64,000 nucleotides of DNA from Trichechus inunguis (GCA_046562895.1 CM102154.1:28205733-28269732); one strand, 5' to 3'. Counted from the first letter of the stretch, positions 1-14,064 are shown. The notes: a model not told the origin generated them from the letters alone. A program made the numbers and translations.

Positions 1-210
1 GAAATGGTGTATCTTTGGCTATGTGTATTTTCACCAAAAAAAAAAAGAGGTTGAGAAGTTAGAGGGTTGATACGTTGTGCGGTTGTTAACCAATGTTATA
101 AAACAACATGTGTACTTCTGTTTCATGAGAAGCTATTTGTTCTGTAAGCCTTCACCTGAAGTACAATAAAAAAAAATAAAATTAAAAAAAAAAACAAAAA
201 AAACTCAGCA
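1..210 (+). mobile_element. LINE-1 3'-terminal fragment (3'UTR plus A-rich tail); window begins inside it
   Basis: Bases 1-190 are near-identical to the 3' end of the full-length L1 at 48700-48890 (gaaatggtgtatctttggctatgtgtattttcacc...), followed by an A-rich tail. Confidence 0.75.
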
Positions 211-1376
211 GTAGCAAAATGTAGCCTTTCTAGGTCTCCACCATGATTGTCCAGGCTATATGAATCGTTTCTGTTCCAATTCCTGATTCTCATTCCACTT
301 CCCTTTTAGGGTTGGAATACTACCCTGAGTCTCAGTCTACTTGGATAAATCCATTACCTTGCCTATGTCAGTCCCCTCACATTGAAGAATGGACCATTGG
401 CTGAGGTCTTGCTTCAAATCAAAGACTTTCTCCTCTTGTTGCCAGGAACTCCAGGTACTGCTCGGTGTAACTACATCAGGGCCATAAAGACAGACACTGA
501 GTTGGGGAGAACAAAAGGCAACTTTATTGGTTGACCAAGCAAAGAGACAGACAAGCCTGTGTGCCATCCAAGACAGCCTCCCAGGCAGCTCGTTGAGGCT
601 GGTTTATACAGGCAGGATCTGTTTCAGAATACAAAATGGCGTTCGTGCAGGCATGGATCATTTTAGAATGAGTATTTTCTAAGGCCTGGGTTCAATTCCC
701 CATGCAGAAGGAACTTAGTCATTTTTGTTCATTAGCATGTCAGCTTTCCACACAGGGGCAGAAAATTTACCATGCATGAAGCAGTCAGTGAGCTAAAGGT
801 CATCTGGAATGCCAGGCTACAGGGCAGAACCTGTTTCAGCTGACTCCAGCTACCTGGTGGTTGTTTCTCTCTAAGAAGGTTCTGAGGAAGAAAAGAATGA
901 ACTCTAGGAAACGTGCTGGATGAGGGTCTGTCTTGAGGCTAAGACAAATGGCTCTACAGCTCTATCCCTGTCTTACTCTCTCCTCACTCTAGCCTCAATT
1001 TTAAAACCAGGTAATGAAAGTTAGAGATTTCTTAAGCTAACCACTTCCATTCACATACCTTTGGATCCTTGACTATTAACTCTACCTGGGATGGAGCCAC
1101 ACCTCCTTGGGCATTGTGATTTGGCTTTCCACCACCCCTTTGGATTGAAGAAATAAGAGAAAGCCCAGGAGAATGTTCTATCTCTGGGGCCGAGGGAGGA
1201 GAAGTTTTCAGGGTAAGAGCCAGTTTTCAAGCCAGTGAATTGCTGTAGAAAGATGAAGGAGAATGAGGATGGCCATAAGGTAATTACATTTGGTAAGAGG
1301 TAGATCACAGTGACAATAGAGGGAGCCTGGTTTCAGTAGTGCAGTGGAGAAGGTAAATTTCAGGCAATTTTTACTT

Positions 1377-3060
1377 TTTTTTTTTTTTTAATTGTGCTTT
1401 AGGTGAAAGTTTACAGCTCAAATTAATTTCTCATAGAAAAATTTATACAGATATTGTTTTTTGACATTAGTTGCAATCTCCACAATGTGACAACATACTC
1501 CCCCTTTCCACCCCAGATTCTCTGGGTCTATTTAACCAGTTCCCGTCCCTTCCTGCCTTCTCATCCTACCTCTGGACAGGAGCTGCCCATTTGGTCTCAT
1601 GTATCTGATTGAACTAAGAAGCACACTCCTCACGTGTATTATTTTTTGTTTTATAGTCCAGTCTAATCTTTGTCTGATGAGTTAGCTTTGGGAATGGTTT
1701 TAGTTCTGGGTTAACAGAGCATCTGGGGGCCACAGTTTCGGGGGTTCCTCCAGTCTCTGTCAGACCACTGAGTCTGGTCTTTTTACATGAATTTGAGTTC
1801 TGCTCCGTACTTTTCTCCCACTTTGTCCAGGACTCTCTGTTGTGTTCACTGTCAGGGCAGTCATTGGTGGTAGCCAGATACCATCTAGTTCTTCTTGTCT
1901 TAGGCTAGTGGAGTCTCTGGTTTATGTGGACCTTTAGCCTCTTGGGCTAATATTTTCCTTGTGTCTTTGGTGTTCTTCATTCTCCTTTGCTCCAGGTGGG
2001 TTGGGACCAATTGATGCATCTTAGATGGCCACTCACTAGCTTTTAAGACCCCAGATGCCACTCACCAAAGTGGGATGCAGAACATTCTCTTAATAAAATT
2101 CATTATGCCAATTGACCTAGATGCCCTCCAAAACTATGGTCCCCAGGCCCCAGCCCCAGCTACTCTGTCCCTTAAAGTGTTTGAATGTGTTCTGGAAACT
2201 TCTTAGCTTTTGCTTTGGTCCACTTGTGCTGACTTCCCCTGTATTGTGTGTTGTCCTTCCTTTCACCAAAGATGATCCTTGTCTACTATCTAGTTAGTGA
2301 AATCCCCTCCCTCTCCCTTCCCACCCTCTTAACCATCAAAGAATGATTTTTTCTGTATTTAAACCTTTTCTTGAGTTCTTATAATAGTGGTCTCATACAA
2401 TATTTGTCCTTCTGTGACTGACTAATTTCACTGGGTATAATGCCCTCCATGTTCATCCACATTGTGAGCTATTTCACGGATTAATCATTATTCTTTATTG
2501 TTGTGTGTCTGTACCATAACTGGTTTATCCATTTGTCTGTTGATGGGCACCTAGGTTGTTTCTATCTTTTTGCTACTGTGAACATTGAAAATGGGTGTGC
2601 ACATGTCTATTCATGTGATGGCTCTTATTTCTCTAGGATATATTCCAAGGAGTAGGATTGCTGGATCGTATGATACTTCTATTTCTATCTTTTTAAGGAA
2701 GCAGCAAATTGTTTTCCAAAGTGGTTGTACCATTTTTTATTCCCACCAGCAATGCGTGAGTGTTCCAGTCTCTCCACAGCCTCTCCAACAATTATTATTT
2801 TGTGTTTTAGGGATTAGTGCTAGCCTTCTTGGGGTGAGACGGTATCTCATTGTAGTTTTGATTTGCATTTCTCTAATGGCTAATGATCGTGAGCATTTCC
2901 TGTAGGTATGTTAGCCACTTGAGTGTCTGTTCATATCCTTTGCCCATTTTTTAATTGGGTTATTTGTCTGTTCTTGAGGTGTTGCAGTATCTTGTAGATT
3001 TTAGAGATTAGACCCTTTTTAGATATGTTATAGCCAAAACTTTTTTCCCAGTCTGTAGGT
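1377..3060 (-). mobile_element. LINE-1 3' fragment, antisense (ORF2 C-terminus plus 3'UTR), interrupted by the next L1
   Basis: Poly-T at 1377-1392 is a reversed polyA tail. Antisense 3'UTR motifs (gtttacag..aatttctcat) are present. The 2585-2905 six-frame ORF is the antisense image of the L1 ORF2 C-terminus, as at 4407-4835. Confidence 0.7.
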
Positions 3061-3064
3061 TTTC

Positions 3065-6000
3065 TGTTTACTCTTTTTTCTTTTTTTAATTATTTTTTTA
3101 TTGTACTTTCAGGTGAAGGTTTACAGAACAAATAGTTTCTCATGAAACAGTAGTACACATATTGTTTTATCACATTGGTTAACAACCCCATGACATGTCA
3201 ACACTATCCCTTCTCAACCTTTTTTTTTGGTGAAAATATACATAGCCAAAGATACACCATTTCAAAAATTTCTACATGCACAGTTCAGTGACATCGACTA
3301 CACTCTTCCAATTGTGCTGCTATTCTCGTGTTAGATGAAGGTTTACAGAACAAAATAGTTTCTCATTAAACAGTTAGTACATGTTGCCCTATGACAATAG
3401 TTAACAACCTCACTGCACATCAACACTGTCCTTACTCAACCTTGGGTTCCCTATCACCAGTTTTCCTGTCCCCTTCTGCCTTCTAGCACTTGTCCCTGGA
3501 CTGCTGTGCCTCATTAGTCCCATTTTGTTTCATGGGGCTATCCAATACCCAGCTGAATGGTGAAGCTCAGAACTGATTTCACTGAGCTAAAAGGGTGTCT
3601 GGGGGCCGTACTCTCAGGGTTTCTCCAGTCTCCTTTAGGCCAGTAAATCTGTTCTTTTTTGTGTGAGTTAGAATTTTGTTCTACATCCTTCTCCAGCTCT
3701 GTCCAGAACCCTTTGTTGTGATCCCGGTCAGAGGTGTCAGTGGTGGTGGCCGGGCACCATCTAGTTGTAGTGGACTCAGTCTGGTGGAGGCCTTGGTAGC
3801 TGTGGTCCATTAGTCCTGTGGACTAATCTTTTCCTTGTATCCTGTTCTCTTCATTCTCTCTTGCTCCCGAAGGGATGAGACCAGTGGAGTATCTTTGATG
3901 GCTGCTCACAGGCTTTTAAGACCCCAGATGCTACTCACCAAGGTAGAATGTAGAACATTGTCTTTATAAACTGTGTTATGCCAATTGAGCTAGATGTTCC
4001 CCGAGACCATGGTCCCCATAGCCCTCTGCCCAGCAATTCAGTCCCTCAGGGAGTTTGGATGTGTCTAGGGAGCTTCCATGACCTTTCCTTGTACAAGTTG
4101 TGCTGGTTTCCCCAGTATTGTGTACTGTCTCACCCTTCACCAAAGATACCACTTATCTATTGCCTATTTAGTATTTCCCACCCATCCCTCCCATCCCTTG
4201 TAACCAACAAAGATTGTTACTTTTTTTGTGTAAACTTTTTCATGGGTTTTTACAATAGAGGTCTCATACAATATTTGTCCTTTTGTGATTGACTTATTTC
4301 ACTCAATTGACTTATTTCACTCAGTATAATGTCCTCCAGTTTCATCCATGTTATGAGATGATTCACAGATTCATCATTGTTCTTTCTCGTTGCATAGTAC
4401 TCCATTGTGTGTATGTACCATAGTTTGTTTATCCATTCATCTGTTAATGGGCATCTTGGTTGTTTCCATATTTTTGCTATTGTGAACAATGCTGCCATGA
4501 ACATAGGTGTGCATATGTCTATTCGAGTGACGACTCTTATTTCTCTAGGATATATTCCTAGGAGTGGGATTGTTGGATCGTATGGTATTTCTATTTCTAG
4601 CTTTCTAAGGAAGCACCATATCATTTTCCAAAATGGTTGTATCATTTTGCATTCCCACCAGCAGTGCATAAGAGTTCCGATCTCCCTGCAGCCTCTCCAA
4701 CATTTGTTATTGCCAGTGTTTTTGATTTGTGCCAGTAATGCCGGGATGAGATGGTATCTCATTGTGGTTTTAATTTGCATTTCTCTAATGGCTAGTGATT
4801 GTGAGCATTTCCTCATGTGTCTGTTGGCCGCTTGAATGTCTTCTTTGGTGAAGTGTCTGTTCATTTCCTTTGCCCATTGTTTAATAGGATTATTTGTCTT
4901 TTTGTTGTAGAGGTGTTGGATTTTCTTGTAGATTACGGAGATTAGACCTTTGTCTGACTTGTGTGGTTCTTATCTTTTGTTTTATTTACGTGATGGATTA
5001 CATTGGTTATTTTTCTAATTTTGAACCATCCCTGCATACCTGGTATGAATTCCACTTGGTCATGATGAAATTTTTTTTTTTTAATATGTTGCTGAATTCT
5101 ATTGGCTAGAATTTTGTTGAAGATTTTTGTGTCTATGTTCATGAGAGATATCGGTCTGTAATTTTTTTTTTTTTTTTTTGTATCTTTACTTGGCTTTGAT
5201 ATCGGGGTACTGCTTGCTTCATAGAATGAGTTTGGGAGTATTCCATCCTTTTCTATGCTCTGAAATACCTTTAGTAGTAGTGATGTTAACTCTTCTCTGA
5301 AAGTTTGGTAGAATTCTCCAGTGAAGCCGTCAGGGACAGGGCTTTTTTAAAATTTTTTATTTTGGGGAGTTTTTTTTTATTACCTCTTCGATCTCTTCAT
5401 TTGTTACGGGCTTATTTAGGTTTTCTACCTGTGTTTGTGTTAGTTTAGGTAGTTAGTGTGTTTCTAGAAATTTATCCATTTCCTCTAGGTTTTTTAATTT
5501 GTTGGAGTACAATTTTTCATAGTATTCTTTTATGATCATTGTTTCAGTTGAGTCTATTGTGATATTACCCATCTAATTTCTTCTTCAAGTTATTTGCTTC
5601 CTCTCCTGCTTTTCTTTTGTCAGTTCGGCCAGTGGTTTATCAATTTTGTTGATCTTTTCAAAAAACCAGCTTTTGGTCTTGTTGATGCTTTCAATTGTTT
5701 TTCTATTCTCTATTTCATTTATTTCTGCTCTAATCTTTATTATTTCCTTTCTTCTGGTAACTGTGGGCTACTGTTGCTGCTGTCTTTCTATTTGTTCAAG
5801 TTGTAGGATTAATGTTTTGACTTTGGCCCTTTCTTCTTTTCGAATGTGTGTATTTACTGCTGTAAATGGACCTCTGAGAACTGCTTTTGCTGTGTCCCAA
5901 AGGTTCTGGTAAGGTGTTTTCATTCTCATTTGATTCTGTGAATTTCTTTATTCCATCCTTGATTTCTTCTATAACCCAGTAGTTTTTGAGCAAGGTTTTG

Positions 6001-9000
6001 TTCAGTTTCCAAGTATTTGGTTTTTTTGTTATGGCATTATGGACAGAAAAGATGCTTTGTAATATTTTGGTGTTTTGGATTCTGTTAATGCTTGCTTTGT
6101 GGCCTAAAATGTAGTCTATTCTGGAGAATGTTCCATGTGCATTGGAAAAGAATGTATACTTTGCTGCTGTTGGGTAGAGTATTCTGTATATGTCTATGAG
6201 GTCAAGTTGATTGATTGTAGCATTTACATCTTCCGTGTCTTTGTTGAGCTTCTTTCTGGATGTTCTGTCCTTCACCGAAAGTGGTATGTTGAAGTCTCCT
6301 ACTACTATTGTGGAGCTATCTCTCTTTACAATGCTGTTAGAGTTTGTTTTATGTATTTTGGAGCCCTGTCATTGGGTGTGTATATATGTATTATGGTTAT
6401 GCTCTCCTGGTGTGTTGACCCTTTAATCAATATATAGTGTCCTTCCTTATCCTTTGTGGTGGATTTTGCTTTAAAGTCTAGTTTTCAGAGACTAATATTG
6501 CCATTCCTGCTCTTTTTCAGTTGTTGTTTGCTTGATATATTTTTTTCTATCCTTTGAGTTTTATTTTGTGTCTTTGAGTCTAAGATGTGTCTCTTATAGG
6601 CAGCATATAGACGGATCATATTTTTTATCCATTCTGCCACTCTCTGCCTCTTTATTGGTATATTTAGTCCATTTACATTCAGTACAATTATTGATAGGTA
6701 TGAGTTTACTGCTGTTATTTTGATGTTTTTTTGTGTGTGGTGTTGACAGTTTCTTTGTTCCACTTAATTTTATGGCTGAGTTGTTTTCTTTACGTATTTT
6801 CGGTTTATCTTTTTCATTATTGTTGATTTTGTGTTTGCTGACTCTTTATGTTTTTATTCTTTTTTATTTTCTTGGGTAGATTTGTTAGCTTCCTTTGTGG
6901 TTACCTTAAAATTTACCTTTATTTTCTAAGTTTAAACCAATCTTTTATTTCTTGATATTGCCTTAACTTCCTCTCCATAAGGAAGTTCTATGACTATACT
7001 ATTCCCTTTTTTTTTTGTTTTAACGTTGCCATCATTTACATATTGAAGTCTCTGTTTGTCTATTTTCAGTCTTTTAGCTTTTGTGACTTCCCTGTCTGGC
7101 TTGATATCTAGTTGTTCTGTGCTGTGTTCTGTTCTTGGGTTGTTGTCTGATATTGCTGGTTCTCTAACTGGAGGACTCCTTTGAATATTTCTTGTAACTT
7201 TTGTTTGGTTTTTACAAATTCCATTAACTTCTGTTTATCTGTAAATGCCCTAATTCTACCATCATATTTGAGAGACAGTTTTACTGGATTCTTGGCTGGA
7301 AATTTTTTTTTCCTTCAAGGCTTTCTATATGTCATCTCATTGCCTTCTTGCTTGCTTGGTTTCTGCTGAGTAGTCAGAACTTAGTCTTACTGATTCTCCT
7401 TTGTAGGTGACTTTTCATTTATCCCTAGCCACTCTCAAGAGTCTCTCTTTATCTTTGGTTTTGGCAAATTTGATTATAATATGTCTTGGTGACTTTCTTT
7501 TGGGATCTTCCTTGTGTGGGGTTCATTAACCTTCTTGGATAAATATCTTCTCATCTTTCACGATTTCAGGGAATTTTTTTTCCAGCAAATCTTCAACAAT
7601 TTTCTCTGTATTTTCTGTTATCTCTCCCTGTTCTGGTACTCCAATTACTTGTAGGTTTTTCCTTTTGAAAGTGTCCCACATAATTCTTAGAGTTTCTTCA
7701 TTTTTTAAATTCTTTTTTCAGACTTTTCCTCAAATAAATTGGTGTCTAGGAATTTTTCTTCAATCTCACTAATTCTGACTTCCATTGCCTCAATTCTGCT
7801 TCTGTGACCTTCTTTTGAGTTGTCTAATTCTGAAATGTTACTGTTAATATTTTGGATTTCTGTTTGCTGTCTCTCTATGGTTTCTAGCAACCTGTAAAGT
7901 TTGTCATTCTGTTCTTGCATTGTTTTCCTGAATTCCTCTATTTCTTTGTCTGTGTGTTCCTTGGCTTGGTCTGAGTTTTGCCTGCTCTCCTTCCTGATAT
8001 CTTGAAGAGCTCTGTATATTAATCTCTTGTTTTCCAACTCCAGTAATTCCAAGACGTTATCTTCCTCCTGGTTCTTTATTTTGGTCACTTGGTAGAGCCA
8101 TCTTGACGTGCTTCTTTATGTGATTTGATATTGACTGTTGTCTCCAAGCCATCAATAAGTTACTATATTTATTTATTGTATGTTTCCTTGCTGTGTCCTA
8201 GCTTTTTGTTTTGTTTTGTTTGAATATGCCCAAGTAGGCTGGGCATGTGAGCTACTTTGATTATTGGCATCTTTGACGCTCTCATGTCATGTCTCCAGAT
8301 GGTTAGAGCAGCTACCAGGTGTGTGAGCCCAGGCGTCTGTTTACTTTTCTTGTGTGGATGTAGCTCAGGTTTCCAGGTTGTCGGTCACTGAGTGTGTGCC
8401 CAGACTCTTAACTACAGTCCTAGATGGGTAGGGCTGCATAGGGGTGTTCAGAGTAGGCACAAGTATCTGGCTGCAGTAGGGGTCTATGTGCTGAGCAAGG
8501 CAGGGGGCTGATGCTGTTCTGAGTGCTTGGGTGGATGGTGTGTCCCTGTCCCCTAGAGCACGTAGGGGGGTGGGTTTGCATCTGGTCCTTTGACACCCAA
8601 TGCTGTAGGGATTGGGAGGCATCACTTTTTCTCAGACCCTGTTGTGGGTGGCTAGATGGAGTGGGTGATACCACCAGCCCTCAGACCCCTGATGTGGTCT
8701 GGGTGGGTGAGGTCCCTGCTTAATGGGCAGGGTGGTGTCAAATGTCACGAATCTGCCACTCCCCCTTGGCTGTTGCAGTGGAAAGTAGGCTTCAGGTGTA
8801 TGTCTTGTTGGTTTATGCTAATGAGGTCTAGGAATGGGTAAAGGGTGCTACAAGTCCATGAACCCCTTATGCTAGTGCCTAGGCAAAGGGATAGTGCTTG
8901 CCCTGAGTTCCTGGCTTAGGGAACATGGTGATTCTTTAAAGCCACGAGTCTGGTTTGGGCGTGGATAGCCCTGAGTTCTGGCTTAGGGGGCATGGCAGTT

Positions 9001-9480
9001 GTTGACTACTGCTGGACTGGTATTGGAGCAGAGTGGGGTAGGGGTGGGTGAGGGGAAAGAGGCACTTCTCCACTGTGAAAGTCCCAGTGGGAGGGGTTAT
9101 TTTGACCTCATTGAGTAGGTTAGATGCTTGCACTTAACTTTTGCTGGTTCAGCGCTGCTTCCACCCAGCTCCGGAGGCTTGTGCAGACTCTCCACCACCC
9201 AGCCTCTCCTGATGTGGTGAAACATGTTCCAAACACTACTGCTTGCCTAAGCCTGTGTGTGCCAGCCAACCCAGCCAGCAGGGTGCCAGCAACCTCACAA
9301 CGGCACTTCTTCGCTACTTCTGAACTGTCTCTCCTTCTCCTTGCTGCTCAGTCTGACTCTTCAGCTTCGTCTTTGATGATCCGGGCTGCTAGATTGTCAT
9401 ATATAATCCATTTACTTGTTTTTTTGGGTCTTGGTTATAAGAGGGATGACAGGAAGCATCTGACTATTCCACCATCTTGG
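3065..9480 (-). mobile_element. LINE-1, near full length, antisense, with 5'UTR, degraded ORF1 and degraded ORF2
   Basis: Minus-strand ORFs encode L1 proteins in order. ORF2 C-terminus is at 4250-4864, the RT motif FIPGMQGWF at 4942-5142, endonuclease at 5796-6275 and 6485-6763 (LNVNGLNIPIKRQRVAEW), and ORF1 coiled-coil at 7705-8088. The 5'UTR (8100-9480) has repeated monomers. The 3'UTR block is present twice (3100-3310 and 3330-3460). Confidence 0.8.
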
Positions 9481-11523
9481 GTGAATGTTTTTTTATAGTG
9501 GAGAAACTCCGACAAGATTCAATTACTGTGAAATCTTTATTTAACCCTGTCTTTGGGTACAAATCATAAAGGAGATGTTCTTAGAAGTTCTCCCTAAAAA
9601 CACAACTCTTCATGGTTTCTCATTCCCTCCTACTTCTCCCATTCTTTTTCTCTTCAATCTTCCTTCTCGTCTCTTTTATATCCTCCTTGCCCCTATTCAT
9701 TTTCAGCTATATTCCTAGTCTATCTTAAACGGAGACCTATTTTTTAAAAACCCTAGTAAAATAAGAAAATCTCAACAAAAACAAACAAAAGCATGTCAAG
9801 TACTTCCAGGACCAGAACGAAGAAAGGTGTTAAGGGAGGCTCCTTCATCTCACGATTAGGAGATTGTGCCATAAGCCTGAGTATCTTAATAAACAATGGG
9901 GATGGAAGTCTCTCCTCCACAAAAAAACTGGCCCTTCCTTGCGTTGAGCCACCCAGGGGTCAGACATAGAAATACCACACAGGAAAGATTTAAAAAGTGA
10001 AACCACTGTTATCAGAAAGGCTCTAGAGAAGAGAGTAGGCTGGCAATAGCAGCAGAATTCTCTGAAGGACCTCTGGAAGTGACTACTTCCCCTTTCCTGT
10101 GGAGCAAAGGGCACAATATGCCCCATTAGCTTCTTTTCTCTGACTGGAATGCATTTCTTCTCTAACTGGTTAGTTTCTTGGCAGCCTTCAAAATCCGGCT
10201 CAGACTATACCTATTCGATGATGCTTTCCCTAACAGAAGGCTTCCACGGGCAGAGTTCATTCTTCCATCCTCTGTGCTGTCATAGGACTTTGTCCATACC
10301 TCTAAGTCCACTACAAAACGGGTATTTGTTTATGAGTCTGCCTGCTGCTCAGGAGCTTTCTGAGCTTTATACTGCTAGTACCTCATGCAGGGCCTGGCAC
10401 ATAGCAGGTAATTAATAGTTGTGTGAGGGAGAAAGAAGAGAGGAAGAAGCAAAAAAAGGAAGGAAGGGCAGGATGTAGGGAGGGAGAAAGGAAGCATCTG
10501 AATCAACCCTCCCTGGCCAACAGAAAGGGAAGTGGATTAAAGAAACTCCAGAGGAAAGGGCTGAAGAGGGGGGAGGGGTTTGAACAACTTTGTTGGATCA
10601 GATTTTCTGCTTCCAACTCCTTTCTCTTCCATTTCTCTCAAAACTTGGGATCTCATACCACAATTGTCTTGTTTTCATTCTGGATCCCTCAGTTCATCCC
10701 AAAGGGAAAGAAAGAAGCCAGATGGGCTTCTGACTTCTTCCACTCCATCCCCTCAACCTAGTATCCCTTTCCCACTGTGGGCACCTTCATCCTTCACCTC
10801 TGCCCTTCTCAACTTCCCCACATACAGCACTCCCTCCTCATCACGCTGGAGGGCCCTCAGGCATCTCAGGCCCCTTTTCTGTATCCAGGTCCACACAGGA
10901 ACTTCTGCCTTAGACTGAAAACAGAGGCTCTTTAGGGCAGCCTGTGGTGCCTAGGCTTGGGAAATACTAGACTGAGACTACAAAGTTGCCTGAGAAAGAA
11001 TATTGTCAAGAGGGCTTAGGCATCCTAGGGATTATAGAGTAGAAAGGACTGAACAATTTACAGTCGACTCTTCTCCCAGCAGTTCTCAGACTCTTTCATG
11101 GATAGCCTTTTCTCCTTTACCCATGGGTGAGAATTATTTTTCTGACTGTTCTCTAATGGCCCCTATAACCCCCTTGGTTACTGGAGCTTCTTGACTCTCC
11201 ACCTAGCCAGATACACTTTCCTCCAAGAATTGCATCAAGATCCATAAACCCGAGTATAGTTGCTCATGGGTCCCCTCTTACCCAGATATTCAGCTGCCTC
11301 CTGTTCCCCTACACTTGTTCTCCAGGAGTTCTAGAACCACCTTTTCCTCAGTGGAGATTATATATATAAAAGCAATTTGTGAGCTCTAAATTCTCACCAA
11401 GTGAGAATAAAAAAGCTATCATGAATGAAGCCTCTCTTCCTCTACCGCCCCATAATCTCTGCCCACTTTTCATGATGTTCCTTATCCCTTCCTTACCACC
11501 CCCTACACACCGCTGTTCCCCCT

Positions 11524-12076
11524 TCACCCAGCAGGTTTGGTTTGGTGCAGGACAGGACCCAAAGCTACATGTTGCACGGTGGGCAGTGTCAGGATGCAGG
11601 CAGGCATCTCAGCTCGAGGCCTTGGCAGAGCTCCCAGGCAGAGCCATCTCCCCAGGCCAGGGCAGTAGGCATGAATAAGGTGGGAGAGGGCATAGGTATG
11701 GTGACTGTAGCCCCCAAGAACTAGTAGCTCCCCCTGCAGCACAGCACCAGCAGCCCCCACATGGGGGGAGGGCAGAGGTGCAAGGTGAGTCCAGCTATCA
11801 GTCCTTGGTTCATAGGTCTCGAAGCTCAGTAAGTCCCCAGTCTCCCCAAGCCCACCTGCTACATACAACCGCCCGCCCAGAGCAGCCATGACGTGGCCAG
11901 CCCGAGGTACCCCCATAGGGCTCAGAAATGTTCCTGGATTCTCAAGTTTGGGTTCATAGTGCAGCAGTGAGGCCAGGAATCGACCAGTTTCACCGCAGCC
12001 GCCGCTCACATACAATCGGCCCTCCAAAACAGCAGCTGCATGGGCAAAGCATGCTGCTGGAAGCGCAGGTGCTGGC
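11524..12076 (-). CDS. KLHL33: KLHL33 last coding exon (Kelch repeats, stop at 11524-11526)
   Basis: Acceptor cttag| at 12077-12081. Translation is ...GRLYVSGG...GRLYVAGG...LLVLGGY... (Kelch GG motifs) ending ...HQTKPAG*. The incoming phase closes the codon ag+g. Confidence 0.6.
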
Positions 12077-12175
12077 CTAAGAGAGAACAGGACACAGATC
12101 AGTCAACTATCATCTTCAACTCTTCTTCTATTCTAACTCCCATAATACCTCAGAAACACCCCCTTCCCTGCTCAC

Positions 12176-12343
12176 CTCCAGATATTGAGCTTGGGGTTAT
12201 AGGTCTCCACAGAGTTGAGGGCAATGCCATTGTCTTGACCACCCAGGGCATAAAGTTGGCCATCCAGAGCCACCAAGGGGAAAAGGCTCCGCGCCTGACA
12301 CAAAGGTGCCTTCTCCTCCCAGTCTTCTTGACTGGGATCCCAT
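12176..12343 (-). CDS. KLHL33: KLHL33 coding exon 3 (Kelch repeat)
   Basis: Acceptor gttcag| and donor |gtgagcag. Translation is RWDPSQEDWEEKAPL...LDGQLYALGGQDNGIALNSVETYNPKLNIW. Phase is compatible with the flanking exons. Confidence 0.6.
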
Positions 12344-12469
12344 CTGAACACAGTGGGACAAGAGATTAGATGAGTGATTCTGGGAGCCCACAGTTGGCTG
12401 GGTCAGCAATTTCCCTCACTTGCCCACCTTGGGGCCTGCCACATGCTACCCACTCTCAGGGACCCATAC

Positions 12470-13394
12470 CTGAGAGTTGAAGCCAGGGTGCTGGAGTGGC
12501 TGTAGAAGTCCTGTCCTCCACACACATAGAGTTCACTTCCTGACAGGCTCGAAGCCCCATGACGGAAACGCCCAGGAGCAGGCAGGGTGGGTAACTGCCC
12601 CCACTCCACAGTTCGCACCAGTCCCATGCCACAGCAGAAGGCCTGGGCCCACCACACTCCTCGGGACGGCTGTCTTATGGCCATGTCTGGTCGAAGCCCA
12701 TCCCCACCAATCACCACCAGTGCCCGGTCAGGCTCCCTCCGCCTCTCCTGACCTGGAACCTCAGCCTCCACCATCACCTGGTGCAGTAAGTCCAGGGGAA
12801 GGAATGGGGGTAGCCCAGCCGCCCGCACCCTCCGTAGCTCCCTGGTGGACATGCGACCAAAGCGGACACATTGCAGCAGGGCCTTGGCCTCTGACTCCTG
12901 GGTCTCAGGGTTGGCAGCTAGCCAACACCGTGCAGCCACAAAGGCCTCAAACTCCTCCTGCACATGAAGCTCATCACTATCTAGGAGCTCAGCCAGGCAG
13001 GCAACTGGTAAAGAAGGGAAAGTGGGGCACAGAACCACAGCAGGAAGGTGGGTGAGGAGGTAGTGATGGGCTTTGCTCCAGAGCCTCTCCAATCCAGGGG
13101 CTTCAGCCATGGGGAACAGGGCCAGGCAACGGGCAGGGCTAAGGCCCTGCACCAAGGCTCTCTGACACAGAGCTAGGCAGGAAGAGCTCTGGTACTGCAC
13201 AGCAGCCTGAGCAGCTCTCAGCAGTCCTGGCCACCTTGCCTGCACAACCCCGGAGTAGGCAAAAGAGACAAGGAGACGCAGGTCCTGAGCAGAGATACTG
13301 CGCAGAGACACCTCCGTGCCCTGGGATTCCTTCATCCCACTCAGGAGCATGGCCCTGAAGAACTCACTGCCACAGGCAAGGGCTGCTCGGTGCA
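12470..13394 (-). CDS. KLHL33: KLHL33 coding exon 2 (second half of BTB#2, BACK domain, first Kelch repeats)
   Basis: Strong acceptor (polypyrimidine tract then ctgcag|) and donor |gtatggg. The 925-nt ORF reads ...VHRAALACGSEFFRAMLL...VSFAYSGVV... (BTB), then BACK, then ...VVIGGDG...LYVCGGQ... Confidence 0.65.
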
Positions 13395-14064
13395 CTGCAG
13401 GAGGGGAGAAGAAGCAGAGGGGGACACAGAGTGTTGTAAGGCTGCTGGACACCATCCCTATTCCACAACACCTAATTTGGGAGCCAACCACCCAAGGCTA
13501 CAGGCCAGACTGTAGTGCGCATCAGAAAAGCATGGAGTGCTTGTTAAAATGCAGATTTCAGGGAGCCACCCCCAGAGATTCTGATTCAGTAGGTCTGGAT
13601 GAAGACCCTAAAATTTTGTGTTTTAACATTTTCAGGCACCCTGTTAGTGGCCTGAAGACACTTTGAAAAATATTGCTTTAGTCTCTTTGATCCAGATGAG
13701 TTAGAAAAACAGTCTCAGTAGATCAAGTTGAGAAGGTGCTATAGACAGCATTTGCTACAAGCAGGCACAAAATAAACTAAAGAGACCAATGTACAACTTA
13801 TATAATTCTTTCTGTATCATGCACAGAATAATGTTTTTTTCTTTATTGCAAGAGCCATTGCTATCCACCATTCTGTTAGTCAGATTTGCTGGGAAAGTGG
13901 TACAACAATCAGGAATGGCTGTAACTCAAACTTGTCTGACTGCCATTTCCTCTTGCCCAAGATTTAGCACTTAAGATTTTCCATGAGTCCTAGCTTTCCA
14001 GTGTGCCTGCTCCCACCTTGCCATCGTTTATGGAATCATGAGATTTGAAATGTGAAAGAAATCT

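Noticed and set aside
3100-3460. Apparent tandem duplication of the L1 3'UTR (also at 48590-48890)
   Set aside because: The same duplicated block occurs in every L1 copy here, so it is a subfamily feature, not a local rearrangement.
12477-13055. 192-aa plus-strand ORF
   Set aside because: It is the antisense strand of the KLHL33 BTB/BACK exon. GC richness suppresses stop codons.
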